This document shows positions 1 through 12,844 of a stretch of 62,000 bases of DNA, piece after piece; the first letter of the stretch is position 1; each line of letters opens with the position of its first letter. The stretch comes from Chiloscyllium plagiosum (lineage: Eukaryota), in NCBI RefSeq assembly GCF_004010195.1, contig NC_057751.1, positions 170,979-232,978 on the forward strand, written 5' to 3'. The position numbers were made by a program, and so were the translations under genes. Under the pieces are notes generated by a model. That model had not been told where the DNA came from, did not search any database, and saw only the letters and a program-made list of their open reading frames with translations.

Positions 1-2325
1 GGCGGGAGATTTGCCAGAGCACTTTGGGAGGGTTCAAACTCCATTTTGGCAGGGGGATGGAAACCAGAGCTACAGACTCGAGGTAGTTGTTGAACAGGCA
101 GAAATAGAATGTATAGAATATGTCAGGAAAGATGCACAGTTGATAGGGCAAAAGGGATGGGTATAAGTGCGTCAGTTTCAATGCAAGGAGTGTCAGATTA
201 ACTCAGTACGTTGAGGGGAGGCGCCATTCTAGACTTGGTGCTCGGAAACGAGCCGGGGCAGGTATCAGATCTTGTGGTGAGAGCGCATTTTGGAGATAGT
301 GACCACAACTGCCTCACATTCTACATAGCTATGGAGAAGGAGAGGATGAGGCAAAATGGGAGGATATTTAAATGGGGAAGAGGTAACTATGATGCGATTA
401 GACATGAGTTAGGAAGCATGGACTGGGAGCAATTGTTCCATGGTAAAGGCACTATAGACATGTGGAGACTGTTCAAGGAACAGTTGTTGCAAGTGATGAA
501 TAAATATGTCCCTCTGAGACAGGCAAGTAGTGGTAAGATAAAGGAACCATTGGATGACGAGAGCGATGGAGCTTCTCATCAAAAGGAAAAAGGTAGCTTA
601 CATAAGGTGGAGAAAGCTAGGGGTCAAGCTCAGCTCTAGAGGATTACAGGCAGGCGAGGAAGGAGCTCAAAAATGGTCTGAGGAGAGCCAGGAGAGGGCA
701 CAAGAAAGGCTTGGCAGAACGGATTAGGGAGAACACAAAGGCATTTTACATGTATGTGAGGAATAAGAGAATGGTCAAAGAAAGAGTAGGGCCAATCAGG
801 GATAGCATAGGGAATTTTGTGTGTGCAGTCCGAAGAGGTAGGGGAAGCCCTAAATGAGTTTTTTGCTTCTGTCTTTCCGAAAGAAACAAACTTTGTAGTG
901 AATGAAACCTTTGAAGAGCAGGTGTGCATGCTGTAATGGATAGAGATAGAGGAAACTGATGTGCTGAAAATTTTGTCAAACATTAAGATTGGCAAGTTGC
1001 CAGGCCCGGACCAGATTTGTCCTCGGCTGTTTTGGGAAACAAGAAATGCAATTGCTTTGCCACTTGCGAAGATCTTTGCATCCTCACTCTCCACTGGAGT
1101 CGTACTTGAGGGCTGGAGAGAGACAAATGTAATTCCTCTCTTCAAGAAAGGAAAATAGGGAAATCCCTGGCAATTACAGACCAGTCACTCTCATGTCTGT
1201 TGACTGCAAGGTGTTAGAAAGGATTCTGAGGGATAGGATTTATGACCATCTGGAAGAGCATGGCTTGATTAAATACAGTCAGCACGGCTTTGAGGGGGGC
1301 AGGTCATGCCTCACAAACCTGATAGAGTTCTTTGAGGATGTCACGAGAAAAGTTGATGAGGGTCGAGCTGTGGATGTGGTGTATATGGACGTCAGCAAGG
1401 CATTTGATAAGGTTCCCCATGGTAGGCTCATTCAGAAGGTCAGGAGGAATGGGATACAGGGGAACTTAGCTGTCTGGATACAGAATTAGCTGGCCAACAG
1501 AAGACAGTGAGTGGTAGTAGAAGGAAAATATTCTGCCTGGAAGTCAGTGGCGAGTGGTGTTCCATAGGGCTCTGTCTTTGTAATGTTTGTACTGTTTGTA
1601 ATTTTTATTAATGACTTGGATGAGGGAGTCGAAGGGTGGGTCAGTAAATTTGCAGATGATACGAAGATTGGTGGAGTTGTGGATAGTGAGGAGGGCTCTT
1701 GTCGGCTGCAAAGGGACTTGGATATGATGCAGAGCTGGGCTGAGGAGTGGCAAATGGAGTTCAATCCTGTCAAGTGTGAGGTTGTCCATTTTGGAAAAAC
1801 AAATAAGAATGCGGAATACAGGGCTAACGGTAGGGTTCTTAGTGAGGTGCAGGAGCAGAGGGATCTTGGGGTCTATGTTTCAGAGGAGGTTTACTAGGAT
1901 GCTGCCTGGACTGGAGGGCTTGTCTTATGAAGAGAGGTTGACTGAGCTCGGACTTTTTTCATTGGAGAAAAGGAGGAGGTGAGGGGACCTAATTGAGGTA
2001 TACAAGGTAATGAGAGGCATAGATAGAGTCGATAGCCAGAGACTATTTCCCAGGGCAGAAATGACTAACACGAGGGGTCATAGTTTTAAGCTGGTTGGAG
2101 GAAAGTATAGAGGGGATGTCAGAGGCGGGTTCTTTACACAGAGAGTTGAGAGAGCATGGAATGCGTTGCCAGCAGCAGTTGTGGAAGCAAGGTCATTGGG
2201 GACATTTAAGAGACTATTGGACATGCATATGGTCACAGAAATTGAGGGTGCATACATGAGGATCAGTGGTCGGCACAACATCGTGGGCTGAAGGGCCTGT
2301 TCTGTGCTGTACTGTTCTATGTTCT
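1..2325 (+). mobile_element. CR1-clade LINE, degenerate ORF2 (endonuclease end, RT) and 3' tail
   Basis: ORF fragments LDLVLGNEPG, GDSDHN, GRSCLTNL, KAFDKVPH, KFADDTK; tail ...tgtactgttctatgttcta; frameshifts and internal deletions. Confidence 0.95.
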
Positions 2326-5285
2326 AAATAAGAGTGACAAACTTAGAGCATGGATCTTTACTTGGAACTACGATGTTGGGGCCAGAAGAGAGAAACGGAT
2401 TTCGCAAGAATGGTAGCTGGATGTTCCAGTGTTTCGATCTTTTAAAAAGAACGCGGAGGGGGAATGGTGGTCAAAGAGGAGGGGAGTAGCATTGCTAATT
2501 AGAGAGTACATCACAGCATCAGAAAAGGAGGTTGTTGAAGAGGGTTTGCCTACTGAGTCAGAATGGGTGGAAGTCAGTAACAGGAAATGAGCAGTCAATT
2601 TTTGTAAATCTCCCAACAGCAGCAGAGACACAGAAGAACAGATTGGACAGCAGATCTTGTAAAAGGGGTAGATATACCAGAGTTGTTATTATGGTGACTT
2701 CAACTTCCCCAATATTGATTGGAACCTCCTTCATACAGATGGTCTAGACGGAGCAAATTTTGTCAGGTGTGCCCAAGAAGGATTCCTGACTCAATGTGTA
2801 GATAGGCCAACTCAAGAGGAGGCCACGTTGGATTTGGTGCTTGGCAACGAATCGGGTCAGAGTCAGACCTCTCGATGGGAGAGCATTTCAGTAACAGTGA
2901 CCACAACTGCCTCATCTTTACCATAGCCATGGAGGACAGGAACACACAGTTTGGGAAGGTATTTAATGGGGGATGGGGAAATTATACTGCTGTTAGACAG
3001 GAACGATGGAGTATAAATTGGATAACTTTGTTCCACTGAAACAGGCAAGGAATGGTAAGGTGAAGGAGCATTGGATCAAGAGGAAGATGGAAGCTTACTT
3101 AAGATTGAGGAAGAGAGGATCTAGCATGGCTTTAGAAGATCCCAGGGTAGCTAGGAAAGAACTCAAAAAATGGTCTGAGGAGAGCTTGGCGGGGTCACGA
3201 AAAAGCCTTGGTGGGAAGGATTAGAGAAAAGCCAAAGGCACTCGACATGTACACAAGGAATAAGAGAATGATCAGAGAGAGAGAAGGGCCAATCAGGGAT
3301 AGTGGAGGGAACTTATGCCAAGAGTCTGAAGAGGTAGGGGAGACCTATGTAAGTTTTTGCTTCAGTATTCACCAAAGAGGGGGATCTTGTTGATGGCGAG
3401 AACACTGTGGACCAGGTTAATGGCTGGAACAGATTGAAATTAATACAGTGGATGTGCTGGAAATTCTGGCAAGCATCAAGATAGGTAAGTCCACAGGGCC
3501 AGACCTATTATATCCAAGGTTACTACGGAAAGCAAGGAATGAGAATGCTGCGCCTCTAACGATGATCTTTGTATCCTCACTCTCCCCGGGAGTAGTACTT
3601 GCTGATTGGAGGGAGGTGAATGTTGTTCCTATTCAAGGGAATAGGAAAACCCCTGGGAACGACAGACCAGTTAGTCTTACGTCGGTGAGCAAGGTACTGG
3701 AAAGGATTCAGAGTTAAGATTTGACTATTTGGAAAAACATAGTTTAATTAAAGATAGTCAGCATGGCTTTACGAGGGGTAGGTTATGCCTCAAGTCTTAT
3801 TGAATTCTTTGAGGATGTGACGAGACAAACTGATGAAGGTCGAGCAGTGGATGTGGTGTATGTGGATTTCAGAAAGGCATTCGATAAGGTTTCCCATGGT
3901 AGGCTCATTCAGAAAGTTAGGAGGCATGGGATACAGGGACATTTGGCTATCTTGATACAGAATTGGCTGGCCGAAAGACAGCATGTGGTAGTGGATGGAA
4001 AGTATTCTGCCTGGAGGTCGGTGAATAGTGGTGCCCTGCAGGGATCCATTCTTGGGCCTCTGCACTTTGCAGTTTTTATAAATGACTTGGATGAAGAAGT
4101 GGAAGGGTGGGTTAGGAAGTTTGCTGATGGTACAAAAGTCAGTGGCATTGTAGATTGTGTCAAGGGCTGTTGCAGGCTACAACAAGACATCAGGAGAAAG
4201 GGAGGACTGCAGATGCTGGAGATCAGAGGTGAAGAGTGTGGTGCTGGAAAAATATCTGAGGAGTGAGAGAGTCAACGTTTTGAGCATAAGCTCATCATCA
4301 GGAAAGGGCAGAAATAGCTGTCACAAGGAGTCATAACTTTAAGGTGATTGAAGAATGTATGGGGAGATGTCAGAAGTAGGTTATTTCCTGATTAAGAGTT
4401 GATGCTCGAAATGTCAACTCTCCTGCTACTCGGATGCTGTCTGAACGGCTGTGCTTTTCCAGCACCACACTCTTCGACTACAACAAGATATTGACAGGAT
4501 GCAGAGCTGGGCTGAGTTGTGGCAGATGGAATTCAACCTGGATAAATGCAAAGTGAGTCATTTTGGAAGGTCGAATTTGAATGCTGAATACAGGGTTAAA
4601 GACAGGATTCTTGGCAGTGTGGAGGAACAGCGGGATCTGAGGGTGCACCGACATACATCTCTTAAAGTTTCCACCCAAGTTGATAGGGTTGTTAAAAAGG
4701 TGTATGCTGTTTTGGCTTTCATTAACGGGGGATTGAGTTTTTAAGCTTATTTTATGAAGCTGCAGCTCTCTAAAATCCTGGCTAGACCACCTTTGGAATA
4801 TTGAGTTCAGGTCTGGTCGCCTCATTATAGGAAGGATGTAGATGCTTTAGAGAGGGTGCAGAGGAGATTTACCAGGATGCTGCCTGGACTGGAGTGCTTG
4901 TCTTACGAAGAGAGATTGAGTGAGCTAGGGTTTTTCCACACGAGAGAAGCAAGAGACGTGGCTTGATAGAGGCGTTCAAGGTAATGAGAGGCAGAGAGAG
5001 TAGATAGCCAGAGACTTTTCCCGAGGGCAGAAATAGCTGTCAGGAGGAATCATAATTTTAAGGTGATTGGAGGAAGATGTGGGGAGATGTCAAGGTAGGG
5101 TCTTTATGCAGAGAGAGGTGGGTGCGTGGAATGCACTGTGTCAGTGGTGGTAGTACAGTCAGAGACATTAGGGACACTTAAGTGACTGCTGGACAAGTAT
5201 ATGGATGGCAATAAATTGAGGAGTGTGTAGGTTAGGTTGACCTTGGTGGGCTGAAGGGCCTGTACTGCGCTGTACTGTTATACGT
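2326..5285 (+). mobile_element. Second CR1 LINE (tandem), interrupted by a Penelope-like hairpin
   Basis: RT fragments (KAFDKVSHGRL, KFADGTK); 3' tail gggctgaagggcctgtactgcgctgtac. Confidence 0.93.
4191..4477. mobile_element. Miniature Penelope-like inverted-repeat element with 14-bp TSD
   Basis: Flanked by ctacaacaagacat (4177-4190) and ctacaacaagatat (4478-4491); arms are inverted copies of the terminal repeat also found on GIY-YIG-bearing copies. Confidence 0.8.
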
Positions 5286-5659
5286 GATAATTATTCAGTA
5301 GCACACTTGCAAATTTAGGCCAAGTGCCTTGCAGACAACGTGGGTGAATACAAAGAGTGCTCCATAAAAAGCAAAAGAACAAAAGATGCTGTAAATCAGA
5401 AACAAAAACAAATGTTGCTGAAAATGTTCAGCAGGCCATGCAGCATCTGAGAAATCAAAGTTAACATTGAGTGTCCGGTGACCCTTCCTCAGAACTGATG
5501 ATAGCAAGGAAAATGTCTGTTTACATGCAGAAGATGGATGAACGGAAGGGATAAGGAGTAAATGCTAGGTGGGGATACAGCCCAAAGAGAGAGAAGACAG
5601 TTGGAAAGACAAAGGAGTAGATAATGATCTGGCTGGGAGGGTGAATAGCTGTTAACGGA

Positions 5660-8600
5660 TACAGCTAGCGTGTTTGCAGCGGGAGCAGTGAGAGAGAGGA
5701 CGGGGGCTGCCGGAAAGTTAAATTAATCCTTTGAAAACGTACCTCATGAATAGGCGAAGCAGACGTGGGACGGCGGAGTAAGTGAGGTAATATATTTCGG
5801 TGTTGCTTTACCTGAAACCCTACTTAGGTAGTGTCTCTCAGCCATCCTTCTCCTCTAACCAAAAAAAAGGTTTCTGCATGCCGATTTAGCAAGGTTACTA
5901 GTTTTTTTTTTCAATAGTCTCTTTGGGAATTCAGAACAGCAGGTATGGATGTTAGGGCAGTTGCATTCTCCTTCTGTAGAAGGTGGGAGTTAATGGTTAC
6001 CACGAGTGTCCATGCTAATTTCATCTGCGGGAAGTGCACCCAACTCCAGCTCCTTAGAAACCACGTTAGGGAACTGGAGCTGGATGAATTTCAGATCATT
6101 CAGGAGGCTGAGGGGACAATTGAGAGAAGTTACAGGGAGGTAGTCACACCTCTGGTACAGGAAAAAGATGGGTTACAGTCAGGGGACAGAAAGGGAACAG
6201 GCAGACAGTGCAGGGATCCCTGTCTCCATTCCCCTCAATAACAAGTGTACCTTTTTGGAAACAGTGGGGGCGGACAACTTACCAGGGGTAAGCCATAGGG
6301 TACGGGTCTCTGGCACAGAGTCTGTCCCTCTTGCTCAGAAGGGAAGGGGGGAGATGAGCAGAGCATTCGTCATTGGGGACTCCACAGTTAGGGGGACAGA
6401 TAGGAGATTTTGTGGGATCAAAAGAGACTCGCAGTAGGTGCATTACCTCCCAGATGCCAGGGTTTGTAATGCCTCGGATCGCGTTTTCGGGATCCTTAAG
6501 GGGGATGGAGAGCAGCCCCAAGTCGTGGTCCTCATAGGTACCAAAAACATAGGTAGGAAAACGGATGGGGATATAAGGCAAAGATTCAAGGAGCTAGAGT
6601 GGAAGCTTCATGCTAGAACAATCCAGTATCATCTCTGGTTTGTTACCCATGCTACATGCTTGAGGGGCGAGGAATAGGGAGAGTAGTTGAACACTTAGCT
6701 ACAGGGATGGTTCAAGAGGGAGCGATTCAGGAGGGAGCGATTCAGATACCTGGGTACATGGGGCTCATTCTGGGGTAGGTGGGACCTCTACAAACAGTAT
6801 GCTTTACACCCGAACCAGAAGGGTACCGATATCCTGGGGTGGGGGAGATTTAATAATGCTCTTTGGGAGAATTTGAACTAATTCAGCAGGGGGGTGGGAA
6901 CCTGAATTGTAGCTCCATTGTACAGGAGGTTGAGAGGGGTGAGGTCCTGAATAAGGTTTCAAGGTCACAGGAGTGTACCAACAGGTAGGAAGGTGGTTTA
7001 AAGTGTGTCTACTTCAATGCGAGGGGCATCCTGAATAATGTGGGTGAACTTGCAGCATAGGTTAGTACCTGGGACTTCAATGTTGTGGTCATTTCAGAGA
7101 CACAGACAGAGCAGGGACAGAAATGGTTGCAGGTTCTGGGGTTTAGATGCTTCAGTCAGAATAGAGAAGAGGGTAAAAGAGGGGGAGTGTGGCATTGTTA
7201 GTCAAGGACAATATTATGGTGGCAGAAAGGATGTTTCATGAGGACTCATCTACTGAGGCCAAATGGGGTAAGGTTAGAAACAGGAAAAGGGAGGTCACTC
7301 GGTTGTGAGTTTTCTATCGGCAGCCGAATAGTTCCAGAGGTGTAGAGGAAAGGATAACAAGACTATTCTGGATAGGAGCAAGAGTAACAGGGTAGTTATT
7401 ATGAGGGTCTTTAACTTTCCAAGCATTGACTGGAAATGCTATAGTTCCAGTGCATGAGATGGGTTGATTTTTGTCCAAAGTACACAGAAGAGTTTCTTGA
7501 CACAGTATGCAGGTAGGCCAACAAGAGGCAAGGCCACTTTGGATTTGGTACTGGGTAATGAACCGGGCCAGGTGTGAGATTTGGAGGTAGGAGAGCACTT
7601 TGGTGATAGTGACTACAATTCGGTTACATTTACTTGCGTAATGGAAAGGGATCGATATATAATGCAGGGCAAGAGTTATAGCTGGGGGAAAGGCAATTAT
7701 GATGTGATTAGGAAATATTGAGGATGCATAGGATGGGCACAATTGAAATATGGAGCGTTTTCAAGGATAAGCTACTGTAGGTTCTTGGCAAGTACACACC
7801 TGTCAGGCAGGGAGGAAGTGGTAGAGCGAGGGAACTGTGGTTTACTAAAGAAGTTGAATCTCTTGTCAACAGGAAAGAGGAGGCTTATGTGAAGATGAGA
7901 CATGAAGGCTCAGTTCAGGCACTTGAGAGTAACAAGTTAACCAACAAAGACCTAAAATGAGAGCTAAGAAGAGCCAGGAGGGGACATGAGAAGTCTTTGG
8001 CAGGTAGGATCAAGGAAAACCATAAAGCTTTCCATAGGTATGTCAGGAATTAAAGAATGACTACAGTAAGGGTAGGGCCTGTCAAGAACAGTAGTGGGAA
8101 GTTGTGCGTGGAGTCCAAAGAGGTAGGAGAGGCACTAAATGATTATTTTTCATTGTCTTTTTCCAGTGTGAATACCAATGTTATCGAGGAGAATACCAAG
8201 ATACAGGCTATTAGACTAGTTGGGATGGAGGTTCATAAAGAGTGGTGCAAGCAATTCTGCAAATAGCTCTAAACTCAATCTCACTACCAATAAAAGCTAA
8301 CACACCATATACCGCCTTAACAACCTTATCAATCTGGTGGCAACTTTCAGGGATCTATGCACATGGACACAGAGATCTCTCTGCTCATCCACACAACCAA
8401 GAATCTTACCATTAGTCCAGTACTCTGTATTCCTATGAGTCCTTCCAAAGTGAATCACCTCACATGCTTCCACATTAAACTCCATTTGCCACCTAGGTCG
8501 GATGGGATTTATCAAAGGATTCTCTGGGAAGCTAGAGAGGACATTGTAGAGCCTTTGGCTTTGATCGTCATTGTCTACAGGTATTTTGCCCGAAGAGCGG

Positions 8601-9980
8601 AGGATAGCAGATGTTGCCCCCTTGTTCAAGGAGTGTAGAGACAATCCTGGTAATTATAGACGTGTGAGCCTTACTTCGGTTGTGCATAAAGTGTTGGAAA
8701 AGGTTATAAGAAATTGGATTTATAATCATCTAGAAAGGAATACTTTGATTAGCGATACTCAACACAGTTTTGTGAAGGGCAGGTCGTGCCTCATGAACCT
8801 TATTAAGTTGTGAGAAGGTGACCAAATAGGTAGATGACAGTAAAGCTATTGGTGTGGTGTATTTGGATTTCAGTAAAGCGTTTGATAAGATTCCCCACGG
8901 TTGACTACTGCAGAAAATACAGTAGTATGAAATTGAGAGTGATCTAGCAGTTTGGATCAGAAATTTGCTAGCTGAAAGAAGACAAGAGGTTGATGATTGA
9001 TGGGAAATGTTCATCCTGGAGTTCAGTTACTAGTGGTGCACAAGGATTGGTTTTTGGGGCCACTACTGTTTGTCATTTTTATACATGACCTGGATGAGGG
9101 CGTAGAAGAATGGATCAGTAAATTTGCAGATGATTCAGTGGAGTTGTGGACAGTGCAAGTTACACAGGGATAGACATAAGTTGCAGAGCTGGGCGGAGGT
9201 GGCAAATGGAGTTTAATGTGGAAGCGTGTGAGGTGATTCACTTTGGAAGGACTCATAGGAATACAGAGTACTGGACTAATGGTAAGATTCTTGGTTGTGT
9301 GGATGAGCAGAGAGATCTCTGTGTCCATGTGCATAGATCTCTGAAAGTTGCCACCCAGATTGATAAGGTTGTTAAGGCGGTATATGGTGTGTTAGCTTTT
9401 ATTGGTAGTGAGATTGAGTTTAGAGCTATGAGGTCTTGCTGCAGCTGTACAAGACTCTGGCGCAGCAGCACTCTGAGTACTGCATACAGTTGTGGTCACC
9501 ACATAATAGGAAGGACATGGATGCATTGGTAAGAGGAGATTTACCAGGATGTTGCCTGGTATGGAGGGAAGGTCTTATGAGGAATGGCTAAGGGACTAGA
9601 GGCAGTTTTCGGTGGAAAGAAGAAGGTGAAGAGGTGATTTAGGGGAGACATACAAGATGATCAAAGGATTAGACAGGTTGGAGAGTGACAGCCTTTTCCT
9701 CGGATGGTGATGGCTAGCACGAGGGGACAGAGCTTTAAATTGAGGGGTGATAGATAAAGGACAGATGTCAGAGGTAGGTTCTTGACTCAGAAGTAAGGGT
9801 GTGGAATGCCCTGCCTGCAACACTGGTAGACTCACCAACTTTAAAGGCATTTAGATGGTCATTGGATAAATATATGGATGATAATGGAATAGTGTAGATT
9901 AGATGGGCTTCAGATTAGTTTCACGTGTCGGTGCAACAGCGAGGGCCAAAGGGCCTGTACTGCGCTGTTATGTTCCATGT
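5660..9980 (+). mobile_element. Near full-length CR1 LINE: 5'UTR, ORF1 (Zn-finger plus SGNH esterase, about 5945-6880), ORF2 (APE and RT), all disrupted
   Basis: FICGKCTQLQLL, VIGDSTVRG, VVVLIGTKNIG; ORF2 start CVYFNARGI; GRSCLMNL; 3' tail aagggcctgtactgcgctg. Confidence 0.93.
8263..8494 (-). repeat. Inverted duplicate of 9197-9429
   Basis: Reverse complement of 9197-9429 with about 3 differences by eye. Confidence 0.95.
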
Positions 9981-11320
9981 CCTTTGTAATGGCAGATTGT
10001 ATCAACAAAGCCTGGTGTGTGGGGTGGGGTGGCTTGGACACAGGAGAGTTCAAGCCCTAAAATGAACAAAATAGACACTGAGTCCAGAAAGCTGCAGAGT
10101 CCCAAAGTGGAAAATTCCCTTCCCTGGTCCTCCTTCCAAACAGGCCATTCCTTCCAAGAAACCCTGGTCTCCTCTTGCTTCACTCCCAACAGCACCTTCC
10201 CCTGCAACTGGCAAAGGTCCAACACTTGCTTGTTTGCATCCTCCCTTCTCAGAATCCAACATCCCTTCCAGGTGAAGCAACGCCTGACCTGTTCTCAACA
10301 CCATCTACTTTACTGCATTCGCTGCTCACCATGTGGTCTCCTCTGCAATGGGGGACTGCTTCACAGAATATCAAAGTTCGGCCCACATTAAAGAGCCTGA
10401 GCATCCAGTTGCCTGCCATTTGAGAACACCACCCTGTTCCCTGGTCAACATTTTTGCCTCGAGCTTGCTGCAGTACTCCAGCAAAGCTCAGCGCAAGCTG
10501 GAAGAACAGCACCTCATTTTTCACATGGGGACCCTGCAGCCCTCTGGACGTAAGACTGAGTTCGATAATTTTAGGGTTTGAACTCGCCTATGTGCGAGCC
10601 CACTACCCCACAAATCAGGTCTTGTTATCACAGTCTGCTATTACACACCACGTACTGATAGTCATGAACAGTGGCAATGAATAGCTATCCCAGCCAGATC
10701 ACTGTCCACTCCTTTGGCCTTCCAACTGTCTTCTCTCACTTTTGGCTCTATGCCCAGCTATCAGTTACTCCTGAGTCCCTCCCTACCCTATCTTCTGGAG
10801 ATAAACCACCATTTTTCCAGCTACCATCAGTTCTGAGACAGGGTCACTGAGACATTTACTCTAATTTCTCTTCACAGATGCTGCCAGATTTGCTGAGAAG
10901 AATGTTCGAGTCAGGTATTACAGAAGCCTCAGAATAAATTCTAATTTCCTGCTCTGTTCAAACTGAACAGTGAGAGTTCAAACTTTGAGTGCTTGCTCAG
11001 TTAACTGATTTAAACTAGGCATCCTTTGAGGAGTTGTGATACTCAACATGGGAAATCAGACAGGGTTCCCATTGCCAAAGACATGATTTCTGATTTCAAA
11101 AGATGACAATTTGGCTGATGCCACTCAGTGAAATAATCATTCCTCCCATTCATTCTCAAAGCAAAATCATGACGAGAGATGATAGAGTACACACAACTGT
11201 CATTTGAGTGGAAGGCAATCTAAACTGGATTAAGACCAGCATCCAGTGGGACCAGGAAGCTATAACAGACCTGTGCAAGTGCCAAAGGAAACTTGTATAT
11301 ATGGTGTAAACGTGGTGTAC

Positions 11321-11467
11321 CTGAACTCTGGACAGATGAAGCCCCAAAGTGGAGATGATTTGCTCCAGATCTTTTTCCAAAATGTAGTTGCAGAGGTTGC
11401 GATCAAAATAGACGAAGGCAAGCAGCACATCCTTGCGTAGTGAGACCATTTGACTGATATCCTTCTC
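11321..11467 (-). CDS. CCAR2: Coding exon 18, EF-hand-like (EKDISQMVSLRKDVLLAFVYFDRNLCNYILEKDLEQIISTLGLHLSRVQ)
   Basis: gcacag| ... CAG|gtacac; LLAFVYFD...LGLHLS motif. Confidence 0.95.
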
Positions 11468-12008
11468 CTGTGCCATAAACACAGATTAAAACCAAGTCAT
11501 GTCACAATCACTCCAATTCTCAACACCAAGAATGTCCTTACATAAGCCAGTTACACCATCTGGGCTGGGACCATGGACCAGGAACACTGCAAGTCCCACT
11601 TGACACCCAGTTCCGTGCTTAAGTTTACACCAAGTATAGGTTGAGGCCTGCAGTCACCTGTCTGCCAGAAAATCCCTCACCAACCTTACTGCTAGCTTCT
11701 TGGAACCCTCTCAGATTCTCCCTTCTTCACAGTCTGAACACAGCCTGTACTGCACCATCGCAGTCTACAGCCCTCTGCACTGACAGTCAGCAGAAGGGAG
11801 GTGGTGACAGTGTGTTAATGTCACTGGACTGGTAATCCAGAAACCGTTTTAAGAAAAGCGACTCAAATTTGTCAAGCTACCTTACGGTGATCACATGACT
11901 GCTGTCAAAATTCGAGGAGAAAGTGAGGTCTGCAGACGCTGGAGATCAAAGCTGAAACTTTATTGCTGGAACAGCACAGCAGGTCAGCAGCATCCAAGGG
12001 AACAGAAG

Positions 12009-12044
12009 ATTCGACGTTTCGGGCACATGCCCTTCTTCAGGAAT
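12009..12044 (-). ncRNA. Minimal type I hammerhead ribozyme motif (sense to CCAR2 pre-mRNA)
   Basis: Minus strand reads ATTC-CTGAAGA-A-GGGC(ATGT)GCCC-GAAAC-GTC-GAAT: intact core, stem I, stem II, loopless palindromic stem III (ACGT). Confidence 0.7.
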
Positions 12045-12137
12045 GAGCAGAGAGTGTTCAACAGGAGAAGATAAAAGGTAGGGAGGAGAAAGCAGACTCG
12101 TTACCACAGCCATATCTCCTTTCTCAGCACCTGCCTA

Positions 12138-12844
12138 NNNNNNNNNNNNNNNNNNNNNNNNNNNNNNNNNNNNNNNNNNNNNNNNNNNNNNNNNNNNNNN
12201 NNNNNNNNNNNNNNNNNNNNNNNNNNNNNNNNNNNNNNNNNNNNNNNNNNNNNNNNNNNNNNNNNNNNNNNNNNNNNNNNNNNNNNNNNNNNNNNNNNNN
12301 NNNNNNNNNNNNNNNNNNNNNNNNNNNNNNNNNNNNNNNNNNNNNNNNNNNNNNNNNNNNNNNNNNNNNNNNNNNNNNNNNNNNNNNNNNNNNNNNNNNN
12401 NNNNNNNNNNNNNNNNNNNNNNNNNNNNNNNNNNNNNNNNNNNNNNNNNNNNNNNNNNNNNNNNNNNNNNNNNNNNNNNNNNNNNNNNNNNNNNNNNNNN
12501 NNNNNNNNNNNNNNNNNNNNNNNNNNNNNNNNNNNNNNNNNNNNNNNNNNNNNNNNNNNNNNNNNNNNNNNNNNNNNNNNNNNNNNNNNNNNNNNNNNNN
12601 NNNNNNNNNNNNNNNNNNNNNNNNNNNNNNNNNNNNNNNNNNNNNNNNNNNNNNNNNNNNNNNNNNNNNNNNNNNNNNNNNNNNNNNNNNNNNNNNNNNN
12701 NNNNNNNNNNNNNNNNNNNNNNNNNNNNNNNNNNNNNNNNNNNNNNNNNNNNNNNNNNNNNNNNNNNNNNNNNNNNNNNNNNNNNNNNNNNNNNNNNNNN
12801 NNNNNNNNNNNNNNNNNNNNNNNNNNNNNNNNNNNNNNNNNNNN
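12138..12844. other. Assembly gap (707 N)
   Basis: Run of N. Confidence 1.

Larger units (their letters stand above)
5375..10897 (+). mobile_element. Penelope-like element with inverted terminal arms, split by a CR1 insertion; GIY-YIG remnant at about 10190-10580
   Basis: 5375-5655 plus 9985-10110 are the reverse complement of about 10540-10897; peptides FQVKQRLTC..LLYCIRCSPCG and HPVACH...RKLEEQHLIFHMGTLQPSG. Confidence 0.85.

Noticed and set aside
5286..5375. Next CCAR2 exon after exon 18
   Set aside because: No homologous peptide or splice sites; remaining exons are probably left of position 1.
211..9532. RT, endonuclease and esterase ORFs as functional or domesticated genes
   Set aside because: All are broken by stops, frameshifts and deletions; ordinary decayed CR1 copies.
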